A stretch of 64,000 bases of DNA from Candidatus Cloacimonadales bacterium (GTDB taxonomy: Bacteria > Cloacimonadota > Cloacimonadia > Cloacimonadales > JAIOQZ01): contig OY771587.1 of NCBI GenBank assembly GCA_963674825.1, positions 2,816,001 through 2,880,000 on the forward strand, read 5' to 3'. The stretch's first letter is position 1; each line of letters starts with the position of its first letter. The notes beneath the pieces are model-generated. The model was not told the origin of the DNA, did no database searches, and was given only the letters and a program-made list of their open reading frames with translations. The position numbers and the translations under genes were made by a program. Shown here in pieces: positions 39,039 through 49,787 of the stretch.

Positions 39039-40166
39039 TTAGTCGTCGCTTAGTATTGCTGTGATGACTCGAAGGGAGTCGAACTCACGAATAATAATGT
39101 GGATTGTCAGAACGAGTGGAACCGCGAGAACCATTCCCACGCCACCCCAGACCCAACCCCAGAAAATAAGGGCAAAGAGGATCACGACGGGTGAGAGGTT
39201 GTACTGGTCACCGAGGATCTTCGGCTCGATAATGTTACCGAATACGGTCTGGATGCCTGTCAGAGCACCGAAAATGGCGAAAGTCTGCCAGCCGAACCCG
39301 TACTGGAATATGCTGACGACGATGGGGAATAGCGAGGCAACGATAGAACCAATATTGGGTATGAAATTCAGGATAAAGAGCAGCAGACCGGTGATGATCA
39401 CGAAGTCAATCCCGAAAATGTAAACGAAGAACATTCCTGCCAGCGCTGTGCCGAGACTGATGACAGTTTTAACCACCAGATAGCGGATGATGTTTTTCTC
39501 GACTTCCCGGAAGACGCTGCTGGAGTGCTTCTGCTCTTCCTGGGTAAGGGCGCGTTCCAGCCTTCTGGCGAAACGTTCCCTGCCTGCGACAATGAAGATC
39601 ATGAAAATAATGGTCATCATTAGCTTGAAAAGGAAATCTCCGAACGACCCCATTGTATTGGTGATCAGGTTTTGAAATGATATCTGGCTCAGGATCATCG
39701 AGATGTCCATTTCGGAGAAGTAGTGTTTGAACTGCTTTTTGAAAAGATCGGGATCTTCAGTCTCAAGCGGTTTTCCGTCTTTACCGTATTCGTTTGGATG
39801 CTGTTCGATTTCTGCAATATCCAGTGCATAATCGGGTATGTTGAGCGCTTTCGCCGATTCGTTGAGAAACTTGCTGATTCGCTCTTTATACCATGGCCAG
39901 TCGTCAGCAAAAGTTGCGATTCCAGTGTAAACAAGAGTACCAGCTAATGTAAATGTAAAGAATATAATGACCACAATGAGTGTTACCGTGATCATTTTCG
40001 GAACGCGTTTTGCCGTGAGATAGCGGTTGATTGGCGAGAAAATAAAAGAAAGATACATCGCAAAGGTCAAGGGGATAAAAACAGTTTTCAACTGTTTCAA
40101 AATGGTGACAATGATTGTCATCACAATGATCGCCAGACTGATGTTGATCCAACGGTTACTGTTCAT
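39039..40166 (-). CDS. AI-2E (PerM) family transporter
   Basis: Multiple TM segments; LNFIPNIGS, GNIIEPK..G..LSP and WG..GMVLAVP motifs. Confidence 0.9.
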   Translation of the reverse strand: MNSNRWINISLAIIVMTIIVTILKQLKTVFIPLTFAMYLSFIFSPINRYLTAKRVPKMITVTLIVVIIFFTFTLAGTLVYTGIATFADDWPWYKERISKFLNESAKALNIPDYALDIAEIEQHPNEYGKDGKPLETEDPDLFKKQFKHYFSEMDISMILSQISFQNLITNTMGSFGDFLFKLMMTIIFMIFIVAGRERFARRLERALTQEEQKHSSSVFREVEKNIIRYLVVKTVISLGTALAGMFFVYIFGIDFVIITGLLLFILNFIPNIGSIVASLFPIVVSIFQYGFGWQTFAIFGALTGIQTVFGNIIEPKILGDQYNLSPVVILFALIFWGWVWGGVGMVLAVPLVLTIHIIIREFDSLRVITAILSDD

Positions 40167-40389
40167 TTGATCCCTCTGTGCAACGCAAATCCACGGTCGT
40201 GCTCAATTTGTTTGTAATAAAAACATGAATGACGGAAAATGTCAAATGTTTCTTTACAAAATCTGATACGAATACCGATATTGGAAAATTGGGATCGAAA
40301 CTGGCAAGGTAATTGCATACCTTTTTGAAACGTAAAGTGTAGCGAGAATTTACACAGTGAAATAAAATAGACAATGTTACGGAGGAAAG

Positions 40390-43377
40390 ATGAAATTATT
40401 CTGGATCGTACTGTTGGTCGCCATGACCACGCTAATGTTTGCTGAAATAACAGAATGGGATACAAATGGTATCCCGATTCGCCAAGGCGAAAGTATCGAG
40501 TGGTTCCGCTCAGCTGCATCGCTGGAAGACGGATCGGTCGTTTATGTATGGTCGGACACCAAGCGTGGTGATCGTGACCTCTGGGCACAGCGCGTTGACG
40601 CCGATGGCAACAACGTTTGGGGCGACGATCCCGTGCTGGTTGACGGTAAATCTGATCGTCAGGAAGACCCTGTCATCATTGCCACTTCCGATGGTGGTAT
40701 GATTATCGCGTGGGTCGAATTCAATCTTCAACCGCTTTATGGCGATATCTTTGCACAAAAGCTCAATGCCGATGGCGAACTCCTTTGGCAGGAAGGCGGT
40801 GTTCCTCTTTGTACCGCGGATGACGTTCAGATCAGCCTCAATATCGTGAAAGATCTCAACGGTGGTGCTTACATCATCTGGATTGATTCACGCAACGCCG
40901 GTGCGAATGATATTTACGGTTCGCACGTGAACGCAGACGGTGAAGATCTTTGGGGCGAAAACGGTATGCCCGTTGCCAACGAAGATGGCGAACAGCTTTC
41001 ACATACATTCTGGGAAGACGGCCAGGGCGGCGCGGTACTGGCATATGTCAGTGATTTGAACGAAGCCAACCTTAAGGCTCGCCACATCCTTTCAGACGGA
41101 ACCATGGACTGGATCATCGACCTTTGCGATGAAGTCAATGACCAGACTTCGGTCAAGATGTGCCAGACTGGCGACGATACTTATGGTTTCGCATGGTGCG
41201 ATCTCCGTAACGAAGAATCCGTTGATATTTACGCTCAAAGTGTCGATATCGATGGCAATATCCTCTGGGATAATGATGTCGCGGTATACTCCGGTGCAGG
41301 CGCACAGGAAAACCCGCGCGTAACATCTGCCGGCACCGACGGCAGCTTCTTCATTACCTGGGAAGACAAGCGTACCGACGGCTACTACGCAGACCTCTAT
41401 GTTCAAAAAGTTGACGCCAACGGGAATGTCCTTTGGGATTCCGATGGCGTGCTCCTTTGCGATGCCGAATATCATCAGCTCAATCCCCGTCTTCGCGCCG
41501 ATCAGGATGGCGGTTGCTATGTCGTATGGGATGATGGTCGTAACGGTGGCCATAACTTTGAAGACATCTACATGCAACACGTTAACAGCTCCGGTGAGAT
41601 TACACTGGCTGCAAACGGCCAGGTCGTTTGCGATGCAGCACTCGAGCAGTTCAGTCCGCTGATCAACTCAGCCGGCGACAACACCTTCATTTGCTGGGGT
41701 GACCGCCGTGATGGTTCGATCGGTATGTACTATCAGGTGATGGACAGTGACGGTGACTTCATTCTCGCAGACAACGGTGTGGAATTCTACTGGGGTCTCG
41801 AGGGTGACGCACAGGAACTGATCCTTCTCGAACAGAACAACAACGCGCTCGCAGTATGGCAGGATAGCCGCTACGGCGTTATCGGTACCCGTGCCTTCAT
41901 GCAGATCATCACGCCGAGTGGCGACCTGCTTCTTCCCGAAAATGGCAAGAGCTTCACAGCCGACCTCAACACCGACGCTGTTAACCAGATTAACATCGAC
42001 GCTGTCCCTTATGGTGATGGCGGTGCGGTTGCTGTTTGGGAACAGGCCGGCGGCTCCTATCCGCGTGTTTACTTCCAGGGAATGGATGACGAAGGAAACC
42101 GCCTTTGGGGTACCGAAGGTATCGCTGTCAGTACTGCCACTCTTTCGCAGACCGAACCCAAGATCAGCCGCATTGACGATGCATATTACATATGCTGGGC
42201 TAACCTCGTGAACTACGGTGGCTGGACCAATACCTATGGCCTCTACATGCAGAAAGTCGTAGATGGCGCACTGCAATGGGGAGAAGCCGGCATTACTCTC
42301 ATCGCAAACTCAACCAACGACTATTTCGTAAAAGACATGGTCGAAGATTATATTATCTATCAGAACGGTTACGACGTGTTCGTAAACCGTATTAACGCTG
42401 ACGGAACCATCGCAGATGGTTGGCCCGCAGAAGGCCTTACCCTCTGTAGTGTCCCGCACGTGCAGAAAGACCCCAAAGCTATTCTGACGGACGACGGCCT
42501 TCTGGTTATCTGGGAAGACCACCGCGACGAAAACTCAACCGCTGCAGTTTACGGTCAGCTTGTTGATGCCAATGGTAACATCCAATGGGCAGAAAACGGT
42601 ATTCCGATCGCGAACTACGAAAACGATCAGTATCAGTCTGCCATGTCTGTCTATGGTAGTGATTTCTACTTCATCTGGTCAGACTTCCGTCTCGGTAACG
42701 ACGAAGATGTCTGCATGCAGAAACTCAATGCCGAAGGCGTCTATCAGTGGGATGACGACGGTCTTTGGATAGCTCAGCAGGACTCCTCGCAGAGCAATCC
42801 TTCCGTTCTGGCTTACGACGAATATGTCTTGGCGGCATGGGAAGACAGTAACACGCTCGATTCCGATATTCGTATGCAGCGCATTAATTCAGACGACTCA
42901 TTCGCATGGGGCGAATACGCAACCATTTGTGAAGCTATCAAGGAACAACAAAAACCGCTTATGGTTCCAGCCGATGATGGCTATACAACGGTCGTCTGGA
43001 CCGACCTCCGCTCCAGCGGAAAGGCGTATGTCTATGGACTCTACGCACAGCGTATCGATAATAATGGCACAGGTATCCACGACGGATCCGCTCCGAGCGT
43101 GTCCATTGGCCTTGCTCAGAACTACCCCAACCCCTTCAACCCTGAAACAAACATCGAATTCTCGCTGTTGAACAAGGGTAATGTGGAACTCAGCGTCTAT
43201 AACATTCGTGGCCAGAAGGTTAAGACTCTCGTCAACGAAGCCTACAGCGCAGGAACACATAAGGTCGTCTGGAATGGCAAGGACGATCAGGACAAGAGCG
43301 TTTCGAGCGGTATTTACTTCTATCGCCTTGAAAGCGACGGTAAGAAGCTCACTCGCAAGATGCTTCTTCTGAAATAG
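40390..43377 (+). CDS. Large acidic secreted repeat protein (probable beta-propellers) with FlgD-Ig/T9SS-like CTD
   Basis: Signal peptide; many repeats of about 55-60 aa like GG...W.D.R..DIY.Q..D..G...W...G; C-terminal [18 protein letters not shown]. Confidence 0.8.
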   Translation: MKLFWIVLLVAMTTLMFAEITEWDTNGIPIRQGESIEWFRSAASLEDGSVVYVWSDTKRGDRDLWAQRVDADGNNVWGDDPVLVDGKSDRQEDPVIIATSDGGMIIAWVEFNLQPLYGDIFAQKLNADGELLWQEGGVPLCTADDVQISLNIVKDLNGGAYIIWIDSRNAGANDIYGSHVNADGEDLWGENGMPVANEDGEQLSHTFWEDGQGGAVLAYVSDLNEANLKARHILSDGTMDWIIDLCDEVNDQTSVKMCQTGDDTYGFAWCDLRNEESVDIYAQSVDIDGNILWDNDVAVYSGAGAQENPRVTSAGTDGSFFITWEDKRTDGYYADLYVQKVDANGNVLWDSDGVLLCDAEYHQLNPRLRADQDGGCYVVWDDGRNGGHNFEDIYMQHVNSSGEITLAANGQVVCDAALEQFSPLINSAGDNTFICWGDRRDGSIGMYYQVMDSDGDFILADNGVEFYWGLEGDAQELILLEQNNNALAVWQDSRYGVIGTRAFMQIITPSGDLLLPENGKSFTADLNTDAVNQINIDAVPYGDGGAVAVWEQAGGSYPRVYFQGMDDEGNRLWGTEGIAVSTATLSQTEPKISRIDDAYYICWANLVNYGGWTNTYGLYMQKVVDGALQWGEAGITLIANSTNDYFVKDMVEDYIIYQNGYDVFVNRINADGTIADGWPAEGLTLCSVPHVQKDPKAILTDDGLLVIWEDHRDENSTAAVYGQLVDANGNIQWAENGIPIANYENDQYQSAMSVYGSDFYFIWSDFRLGNDEDVCMQKLNAEGVYQWDDDGLWIAQQDSSQSNPSVLAYDEYVLAAWEDSNTLDSDIRMQRINSDDSFAWGEYATICEAIKEQQKPLMVPADDGYTTVVWTDLRSSGKAYVYGLYAQRIDNNGTGIHDGSAPSVSIGLAQNYPNPFNPETNIEFSLLNKGNVELSVYNIRGQKVKTLVNEAYSAGTHKVVWNGKDDQDKSVSSGIYFYRLESDGKKLTRKMLLLK

Positions 43378-43501
43378 TGATATCGAGTCACATTAATCAT
43401 CTGTGTATGTGATTTTGGGATGATTAATCTGATCGCATAGATAATTGACGTCCGGCGGAATATCTCGTTCCGCCGGAACGTCACAAATACGAGGAGGAAT
43501 T

Positions 43502-45820
43502 TTGAAGAAATTTCTGACGCTAATCGTCATAATAGTAGCGGTTCAGCTTGCGGCGCAGACCTCCATGCCGTCGTTCTGGCACACCAATGAAGAAATTGGC
43601 CAGGAACTTCAGGCCTGGGCCGATACATACCCTGATATTGCACATTTTGAAATCATCGGATACTCTACCGAAGCTCCCTACCAGGAACCGATGCCGATCT
43701 ACGCACTCAAGATCTCCGATAACGCGGATATCGATGAAGACGAACCGGCTGTGTTTTTCGTAGGACAGTGTCATGCTGAAGAAGTGACCGGTGTAGAAAC
43801 CGTATTGTTTTACGCACAAAGATTGCTGCAGGGACAATCGCAGTATCCCTATAACCTCTTTATTGAGGAGCTCGAAACATGGTTTATTCCGACGATCAAT
43901 CCGGCTGGGCTGAACGTCGTGATGAATATGAACGACGTTTCCTACCGCAAGACGGTACGTGACAACAACGGTAACGGAATATTCGATTATATCGATATGC
44001 CGGGATTCGACCTGGACGGCGTAGATCTTAACCGCAATTACGATTTCTGCTGGATCCATGGTAAGACCCTCGCTGCGATCGACGATACCGAACGCTATGA
44101 TTACTACCGCGGTCCCGCTCCTTTCTCCGAAAGCGAAACGCAGGCAATCAGAAGTCTTGCCGATCAACAGCATTTTATATATGGTATCAACTTCCACGAC
44201 TCCCGTACAGGCAATTTCTCCCAGAAAGTCTTTTATCCTTGGGAATTCAAGGGTCAGGCTTCGCGCCGTAACCCCGATTACCTGATCTGCAAGCAGATTG
44301 GCGATAACGTGGCGGGTGAGATTGTTACCGAGACAGGTAGCGGAACCTACGAGCCTTCAGCATCGCAGGGACGTATCGGAAAATCGACTCAGTGGTTCTA
44401 CGCCGAATACGGCACCATTCAGCTTACGATTGAAGTGGCCGGGAATCAGCCAGATTCCACCCACATGATCGATACAGTGGGTAAGAATCACGAAGGCATC
44501 AAGTGGATGCTTATGCGCACGTTGAATGGCCATGCAGACATCAGCTCGATGCTTACCGGGCATGTTTATGATGCTGTAACGAATGAACCGCTGGTAGCGG
44601 AGATCGTCGTTGAGGAACGTCAGTCTGGTTATTTCACACCTCGTAAGAGCGATGAACTCTACGGTCGCTTCTGGAGACCTCTCGTGCAGGGTACCTACAC
44701 ACTGACGGTCAAGAAAAACGGCTATGAGACCAGCACCCAGTCGGTGGTTGTTAATCCCACCAGTTGGACAACTCGCAATGTCTATCTCCAGCCCCTGGCT
44801 CCGTCAGTCTATAATGGAACGATGGTATCAGGTAGCGAGCCGGTCGATGGACTGGTCATCGTTTATGATACCCAGAACGACACCATTGACGTGGTTGATG
44901 GCAACTTCACCATCAATTCCTGGACTGGTACCCGCAAGGTGATTTTCCGTGCCGACGGATACGCAACCTGCGTCGATGACGCATTCGAATTCGAAGCCGG
45001 TACTCACGGACTTAACATCGAACTATCACCGGCGGATGTCCTTTATCAGGAGGATTTCGAAGACGCCGAAAACCTTTCGCTCGATCTCGAAGGCCCGTGG
45101 CAGGTGATCGACGATATCGCCTGGATCGGAAATGCCCTCACGGATAGTTGGAATACAGAGACGGATCAGGATAGTTACTACGCGCCGAATTGCGACGTTT
45201 ATGTAACAACGCAGAACGCGATCTCGCTCAGTGGGCACGACCACTATAACCTTGAGTTTATGCAATACCTCTATACCGAAACGGATTGGGATTTCGTTCA
45301 TGTCGAAGTCTCGACCGACGGTGAAGAGTGGACTGAGCTTTGGAACGACAACGGAAAGCGCAACTGGTGGAACCGCGTTATTATCCCTCTGGATGAATAT
45401 GCCGGCGAATCGGTTTACCTGCGCTTCCATCTTACTGCTGATTCTCCTGACGCCGATTTAGTCGATCCGGGCTGGACAATCGATAACATCGTCGTTCACG
45501 GTGGCGATTACAACGTTGTTGGCGTCACAGGCGAAGATATCCCTGAAGTCGTCCGCATGCAGCTCAACCCGAACTACCCCAACCCGTTCAATCCGCAGAC
45601 GGTGTTCTCTTACACGATCCCGTCATCCGCGAAGACTGCGGAGATCAATGTATTCAACATCCGCGGTCAGCGCGTTGAGAAACTCGTGCTGGATAAAGAA
45701 GAGATGAGCCGCGGAACGGTTACCTGGGACGCTTCCTCGCAATCGAGCGGTATCTATTTCTATCGCCTCAGCGTGGACGGCAAGACGACCATGACACGAA
45801 AAGCATGTTTAATCAAATAG
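43502..45820 (+). CDS. M14 zinc carboxypeptidase with accessory domains and CTD
   Basis: HAEE, DLNRNY, NFHD and TIEV catalytic motifs; C-terminal [19 protein letters not shown] start at 43502 after GAGGAGG. Confidence 0.88.
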   Translation: MKKFLTLIVIIVAVQLAAQTSMPSFWHTNEEIGQELQAWADTYPDIAHFEIIGYSTEAPYQEPMPIYALKISDNADIDEDEPAVFFVGQCHAEEVTGVETVLFYAQRLLQGQSQYPYNLFIEELETWFIPTINPAGLNVVMNMNDVSYRKTVRDNNGNGIFDYIDMPGFDLDGVDLNRNYDFCWIHGKTLAAIDDTERYDYYRGPAPFSESETQAIRSLADQQHFIYGINFHDSRTGNFSQKVFYPWEFKGQASRRNPDYLICKQIGDNVAGEIVTETGSGTYEPSASQGRIGKSTQWFYAEYGTIQLTIEVAGNQPDSTHMIDTVGKNHEGIKWMLMRTLNGHADISSMLTGHVYDAVTNEPLVAEIVVEERQSGYFTPRKSDELYGRFWRPLVQGTYTLTVKKNGYETSTQSVVVNPTSWTTRNVYLQPLAPSVYNGTMVSGSEPVDGLVIVYDTQNDTIDVVDGNFTINSWTGTRKVIFRADGYATCVDDAFEFEAGTHGLNIELSPADVLYQEDFEDAENLSLDLEGPWQVIDDIAWIGNALTDSWNTETDQDSYYAPNCDVYVTTQNAISLSGHDHYNLEFMQYLYTETDWDFVHVEVSTDGEEWTELWNDNGKRNWWNRVIIPLDEYAGESVYLRFHLTADSPDADLVDPGWTIDNIVVHGGDYNVVGVTGEDIPEVVRMQLNPNYPNPFNPQTVFSYTIPSSAKTAEINVFNIRGQRVEKLVLDKEEMSRGTVTWDASSQSSGIYFYRLSVDGKTTMTRKACLIK

Positions 45821-45836
45821 AACAACTGGAGGAATT

Positions 45837-48800
45837 ATGAAGAAATTATCGATCCTGCTGTTACTACTTACGCTGTCGGCTATCGCGTTTGCCGCACCCA
45901 CAATGGACATTGTGGAGAGTAGCGGAACCATTCAGGTTAGCTGCAGCTACCAGCAGGAATCTGCTGTAAATCATTACACCCAGCAAACCTTCGCAATCCC
46001 CGCTCAGAGCGTGGATGTCGATATCCAGTCGATGCAGATTGGAATCTACGACGAGCAGGGAAACCGGGTGGATGAATATCAGCAGATCCAATCCGAACGT
46101 GTCCAGATCGTGAACCAATTCACGATTCGCGAGATGCGTGGCTTTACCGTTCGTATCGAATCATCCAGAGACGAGAATGGTCTGGAAAGCCGTATTGACA
46201 ACCTGAGCTACACATTGCATCCCAATGGAAGCATTGAACCTGCTCAGACAATCTCGGAAGCATACGAGCCCGTTTATAAGGAAATTGCTCTCAACTACGA
46301 GACATCTTACCTTCGTAGCCTGCCTTATCAGAAACCTTCGATGCTCATCCTCACACACTCCGATTTGCTTACAACAATGGAGCCGTATTTTACCTGGAAG
46401 AAATCACTCGGTTTCGACGTCAATGTCGAGACAATCTCCAATATATCTACTGACGCGAATCAGATCAAATCCTGGATCGCCAACTACTACCACAGCTCGG
46501 AAAATCCTCCGGAGTATCTGATCCTCGTTGGCGATGTAGTTGGACTCTATACAATCCCTTCATTCTATATCAGCTCCGAAAACGACGTGACCGACCTTCC
46601 GTTCACACTCGTTGACGGTGACGACTATTTCCCGGAGATGATCGTGGGACGTATGTCGATCGAAGATACAGAAGACCTCGCAGTCATTCTAAAAAAGACC
46701 TATATGTACGAAAGCGCTCCATACATGGAAGATACCAGCTGGATGAAACGTGCGCTGGTCGTTGCCGGTAACTACGGTGAAGGCACCGTTCCGGTAACTC
46801 CGGTTCTTATGTCCAGATGGCTTGCCGATCAGTTCCGTGGCCACGGCTATACGACGGTCGATACTGTTTATTATCCGCCGACTGCCAATGGTGCTCCTTA
46901 TATCACCAACAGCATCAACGCCGGTGTTCAATTTGCCAGCTATCGTGGATGGGGTGCATCGAATGGATGGCACTATCCTCGTTTCCACACCGATGACCTC
47001 GGTGGACTGACCAATGGCTACATGATGCCTGTCGTAACCTCGGTTGTTTGTGACACAGGCGATTTCGCTCACACTTCCAATGGTAATTCATGCTTTGGTG
47101 AAGCCTGGATGCGTCTCGGAACAAGTCTTCAACCGCAAGGTTGTGTCGCGTTCATGGGTCCGTCCGATCTTCATACAAGCACCGAGAACAACAATGCGGT
47201 TGCTTCAGGATTCTATCATGGTATCCTTGATGAAAACATCCGCTCGTTCGGTTCTGCTGTGCTTCGCGGAAAATGGGAGCTTTACGATAACTATCCGAAC
47301 GATCTCGAGACCGGCGGCGTTGTCGAATTCTATTTCCACGTGTACAACATCCTTTCCGATCCGTCTCTCAGAATGTGGGTCAAGGTTCCGGTCACTCCGA
47401 CTGCAGACCTACCGAGTCAGATCGAGCAGGGTACGAACTACCTCTCGCTTTATCTACCGGACTGGAATGGCGCGATTATCACAGCGACATCCGATGGCGA
47501 AAACTACACTTTCTCACGCGTTTATGACGACTACACGTTCCTCTATATCGACAGCGAAAATGTGGGCAACCTGACCATCACGCTTTCCCGCAAGAACGCT
47601 GTGCCGTACGTCGCAACGATCCCGATCGTCGATTCCGACGATATCGGCGTAACCGATTTCTCGCTGACCAACGTTTATGCTGGCGAGAACGCCAATCTGA
47701 CACTTACCGCAAAGAACTTCAGCGACGCTGAGATTGCAAACGTGACTGCGAGCGTCAGTTCCGATTCACCGTACTTCATCGATAACAGCGATACCTGGGA
47801 CTTCGGCAGCATCGGCTCCGGCTCTGCCGTTACCGCGACTGCTACCTTTGGGATCGCTACCGATTGCCCGTACGGCGAAGTTATCGAACTTGTTGTCGAT
47901 TTCTCTACCGGAGATCAATCGAAGCTGGTTACAAGCGTTGGCGGACTGCTCTTCGACGTTACATCTGTGACACCGGCTGACGATGGCTTCCTCAGCCCGG
48001 GCGAGACGACCAACATCACCATCGAGCTTACCAATGTCAGCACGATGGACGCTTCTGGCGTTACAGCCATGGTTACACCTTCGACCGATGCGGTAACAGT
48101 TAATACAGGCACCGTGACATTCGGCGACATCGCTTCCGGCTCGACCGGTTCCGCGACAATCGAAGTGACTGCCGGCGAAAACGCATATCCCGGACGCGAA
48201 GTTCGCTTCCTGCTTCAATTTGAAGATACTACTGGACGCGAGAACTTCTCCTATGCTTACACAACGATCGGACCAGTCGATCAGACAGCTCCGACCGGAC
48301 CTGATGCTTACGGATATTACGCATACGATAACAACGATACTGGTTACGAAGTAGCCGCACCTACCTACCAGTGGCATACAATCGATCCGAACGATGGCGG
48401 AAACGGTACTGTATTCCTTTGGACCGACGACGCCTCTCATTCTGTCGATCTGCCTTTCGACTTCCGTTTCTACGGACAGGATTTCGATGAGATCACCATC
48501 TGTTCGAACGGCTGGATTTCGATGGGACACACTTGGATGGCTAACTTCCGTAACTGGAATATTCCGGCTGCGCTTGGTCCCAAGAACCTTATCGCCGCCT
48601 ATTGGGATGACCTCAAAGGTTGGGTCAACGACGATACCGGTGATATCTCCAATATGCGTGTTGTGTACTACTACGACTCGGCGAACGATCAGTTCATCGT
48701 GCAGTGGAATGATGCCTACAACCAGCATAACAACACCTCTATCGAGAAGTTCGAAGTTGTGTTGATTCCTCGTGACAATCATGATGGCGACATCATTATC

Positions 48801-49286
48801 AACTATCAGCTGGCAGATAATCCCGATCAGGACGGCAACTACTGTACTGTCGGTATCGAAAGCAACGACCACGAAGCGGGTCTGTGCTACAGCTATGCGA
48901 ATGTATATCCCGCGACAGCGACACCGCTTTCGAACGAACTCTCCATTCTCTTCACAACCGATGCACCGGACGAGTATGTCGCTGTTGGCGATCCTACCGT
49001 CCCGTACAACGAGGTTGTGCTGCACCAGAATCATCCGAATCCGTTCAACCCGGAAACGACCATCGAGTTCTCGCTTCCCGAGAAATCACAAGTGAAGCTC
49101 GAAGTTTACAACATCCGTGGTCAGAAGGTGAAAACGCTGGTCAGCAATCATCTCGAAGCCGGTAACCACAAGGTGACCTGGCAGGGTAAAGATGACAGCA
49201 ATCGTGAAGTTGGTTCCGGCCTGTACCTTTACAAGCTGGCAGTGGCTGAGCACGTAAGCGTCAAGAAGATGCTGCTACTGAAATAA
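45837..49286 (+). CDS. C25 (gingipain-like) peptidase family protein with Ig-like domains and CTD
   Basis: WKKSLG, YLILVGD, DGDDYFPEMIVGRMS, CDTGDF, CFGEAW, YNILSDPSL, TGPDAYGY and C-terminal [17 protein letters not shown]. Confidence 0.88.
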   Translation: MKKLSILLLLLTLSAIAFAAPTMDIVESSGTIQVSCSYQQESAVNHYTQQTFAIPAQSVDVDIQSMQIGIYDEQGNRVDEYQQIQSERVQIVNQFTIREMRGFTVRIESSRDENGLESRIDNLSYTLHPNGSIEPAQTISEAYEPVYKEIALNYETSYLRSLPYQKPSMLILTHSDLLTTMEPYFTWKKSLGFDVNVETISNISTDANQIKSWIANYYHSSENPPEYLILVGDVVGLYTIPSFYISSENDVTDLPFTLVDGDDYFPEMIVGRMSIEDTEDLAVILKKTYMYESAPYMEDTSWMKRALVVAGNYGEGTVPVTPVLMSRWLADQFRGHGYTTVDTVYYPPTANGAPYITNSINAGVQFASYRGWGASNGWHYPRFHTDDLGGLTNGYMMPVVTSVVCDTGDFAHTSNGNSCFGEAWMRLGTSLQPQGCVAFMGPSDLHTSTENNNAVASGFYHGILDENIRSFGSAVLRGKWELYDNYPNDLETGGVVEFYFHVYNILSDPSLRMWVKVPVTPTADLPSQIEQGTNYLSLYLPDWNGAIITATSDGENYTFSRVYDDYTFLYIDSENVGNLTITLSRKNAVPYVATIPIVDSDDIGVTDFSLTNVYAGENANLTLTAKNFSDAEIANVTASVSSDSPYFIDNSDTWDFGSIGSGSAVTATATFGIATDCPYGEVIELVVDFSTGDQSKLVTSVGGLLFDVTSVTPADDGFLSPGETTNITIELTNVSTMDASGVTAMVTPSTDAVTVNTGTVTFGDIASGSTGSATIEVTAGENAYPGREVRFLLQFEDTTGRENFSYAYTTIGPVDQTAPTGPDAYGYYAYDNNDTGYEVAAPTYQWHTIDPNDGGNGTVFLWTDDASHSVDLPFDFRFYGQDFDEITICSNGWISMGHTWMANFRNWNIPAALGPKNLIAAYWDDLKGWVNDDTGDISNMRVVYYYDSANDQFIVQWNDAYNQHNNTSIEKFEVVLIPRDNHDGDIIINYQLADNPDQDGNYCTVGIESNDHEAGLCYSYANVYPATATPLSNELSILFTTDAPDEYVAVGDPTVPYNEVVLHQNHPNPFNPETTIEFSLPEKSQVKLEVYNIRGQKVKTLVSNHLEAGNHKVTWQGKDDSNREVGSGLYLYKLAVAEHVSVKKMLLLK

Positions 49287-49291
49287 CACTT

Positions 49292-49326
49292 GGAGTCAGG
49301 TGCCTGGAGACAGGAGCCTGAATACA
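49292..49326. repeat. Degenerate heptamer tandem repeat
   Basis: GGAGTCA GGTGCCT GGAGACA GGAGCCT GAATACA, starting 5 nt after the stop codon. Confidence 0.55.
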
Positions 49327-49333
49327 ATATCGA

Positions 49334-49369
49334 AAGCCGCTCATCATCTGATGGGCGGTTTTTTATTTT
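49334..49369 (+). terminator. Intrinsic terminator after the CTD-protein cluster
   Basis: GCCGCTCATCA/TGATGGGCGGT stem followed by TTTTTATTTT. Confidence 0.85.
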
Positions 49370-49421
49370 GGGAATGCAGGAGTGAGAAGAGCAGGCAAGG
49401 GTGCATGCGTTCCATAAGAGA

Positions 49422-49560
49422 AGGGTAATCACCGTGGATTGCCCCTACAGCCCCTGGGTACGCAAAGCTCCAGCTCCGCATCTCTTTTCCCTTGGAGCGC
49501 CAAGCCCTGTGATTTTCAGACGTAGTCTGATAAATCGAATCTTCAATAGCTTGGCATTCC
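49422..49560. repeat. Cluster of REP-like palindromes
   Basis: GTAG-type AGGGTAATC-N6-GATTGCCCCTAC, a degenerate GCAAAGCTCCAGCTCCGC, and a split GCCAAGC...AGCTTGGC copy related to the 5773 array. Confidence 0.6.
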
Positions 49561-49717
49561 CCCCCCTCTTTCTCTTTATTAACCGACTACAACCCATTTA
49601 GAACAGCCTCACCGTGTTCGCCACATTTAGAAGGTGATTTCATTGAATTGTAGGCATGGAGAAGGGAAGACACCATGTCTGCTGCAACAAGTGAATTGCC
49701 AATGGTAGGTATTGCAT

Positions 49718-49763
49718 AAAAAAAAGGATTCACCGGCCATGAACTGGTTAAGCCGGCGAATCC
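49718..49763 (-). terminator. Intrinsic terminator after the GntR/ABC operon
   Basis: GGATTCACCGGC/GCCGGCGAATCC stem with an A8 run on its left. Confidence 0.75.
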
Positions 49764-49787
49764 GGATCAGGTTAGGAGGACCTGAAA

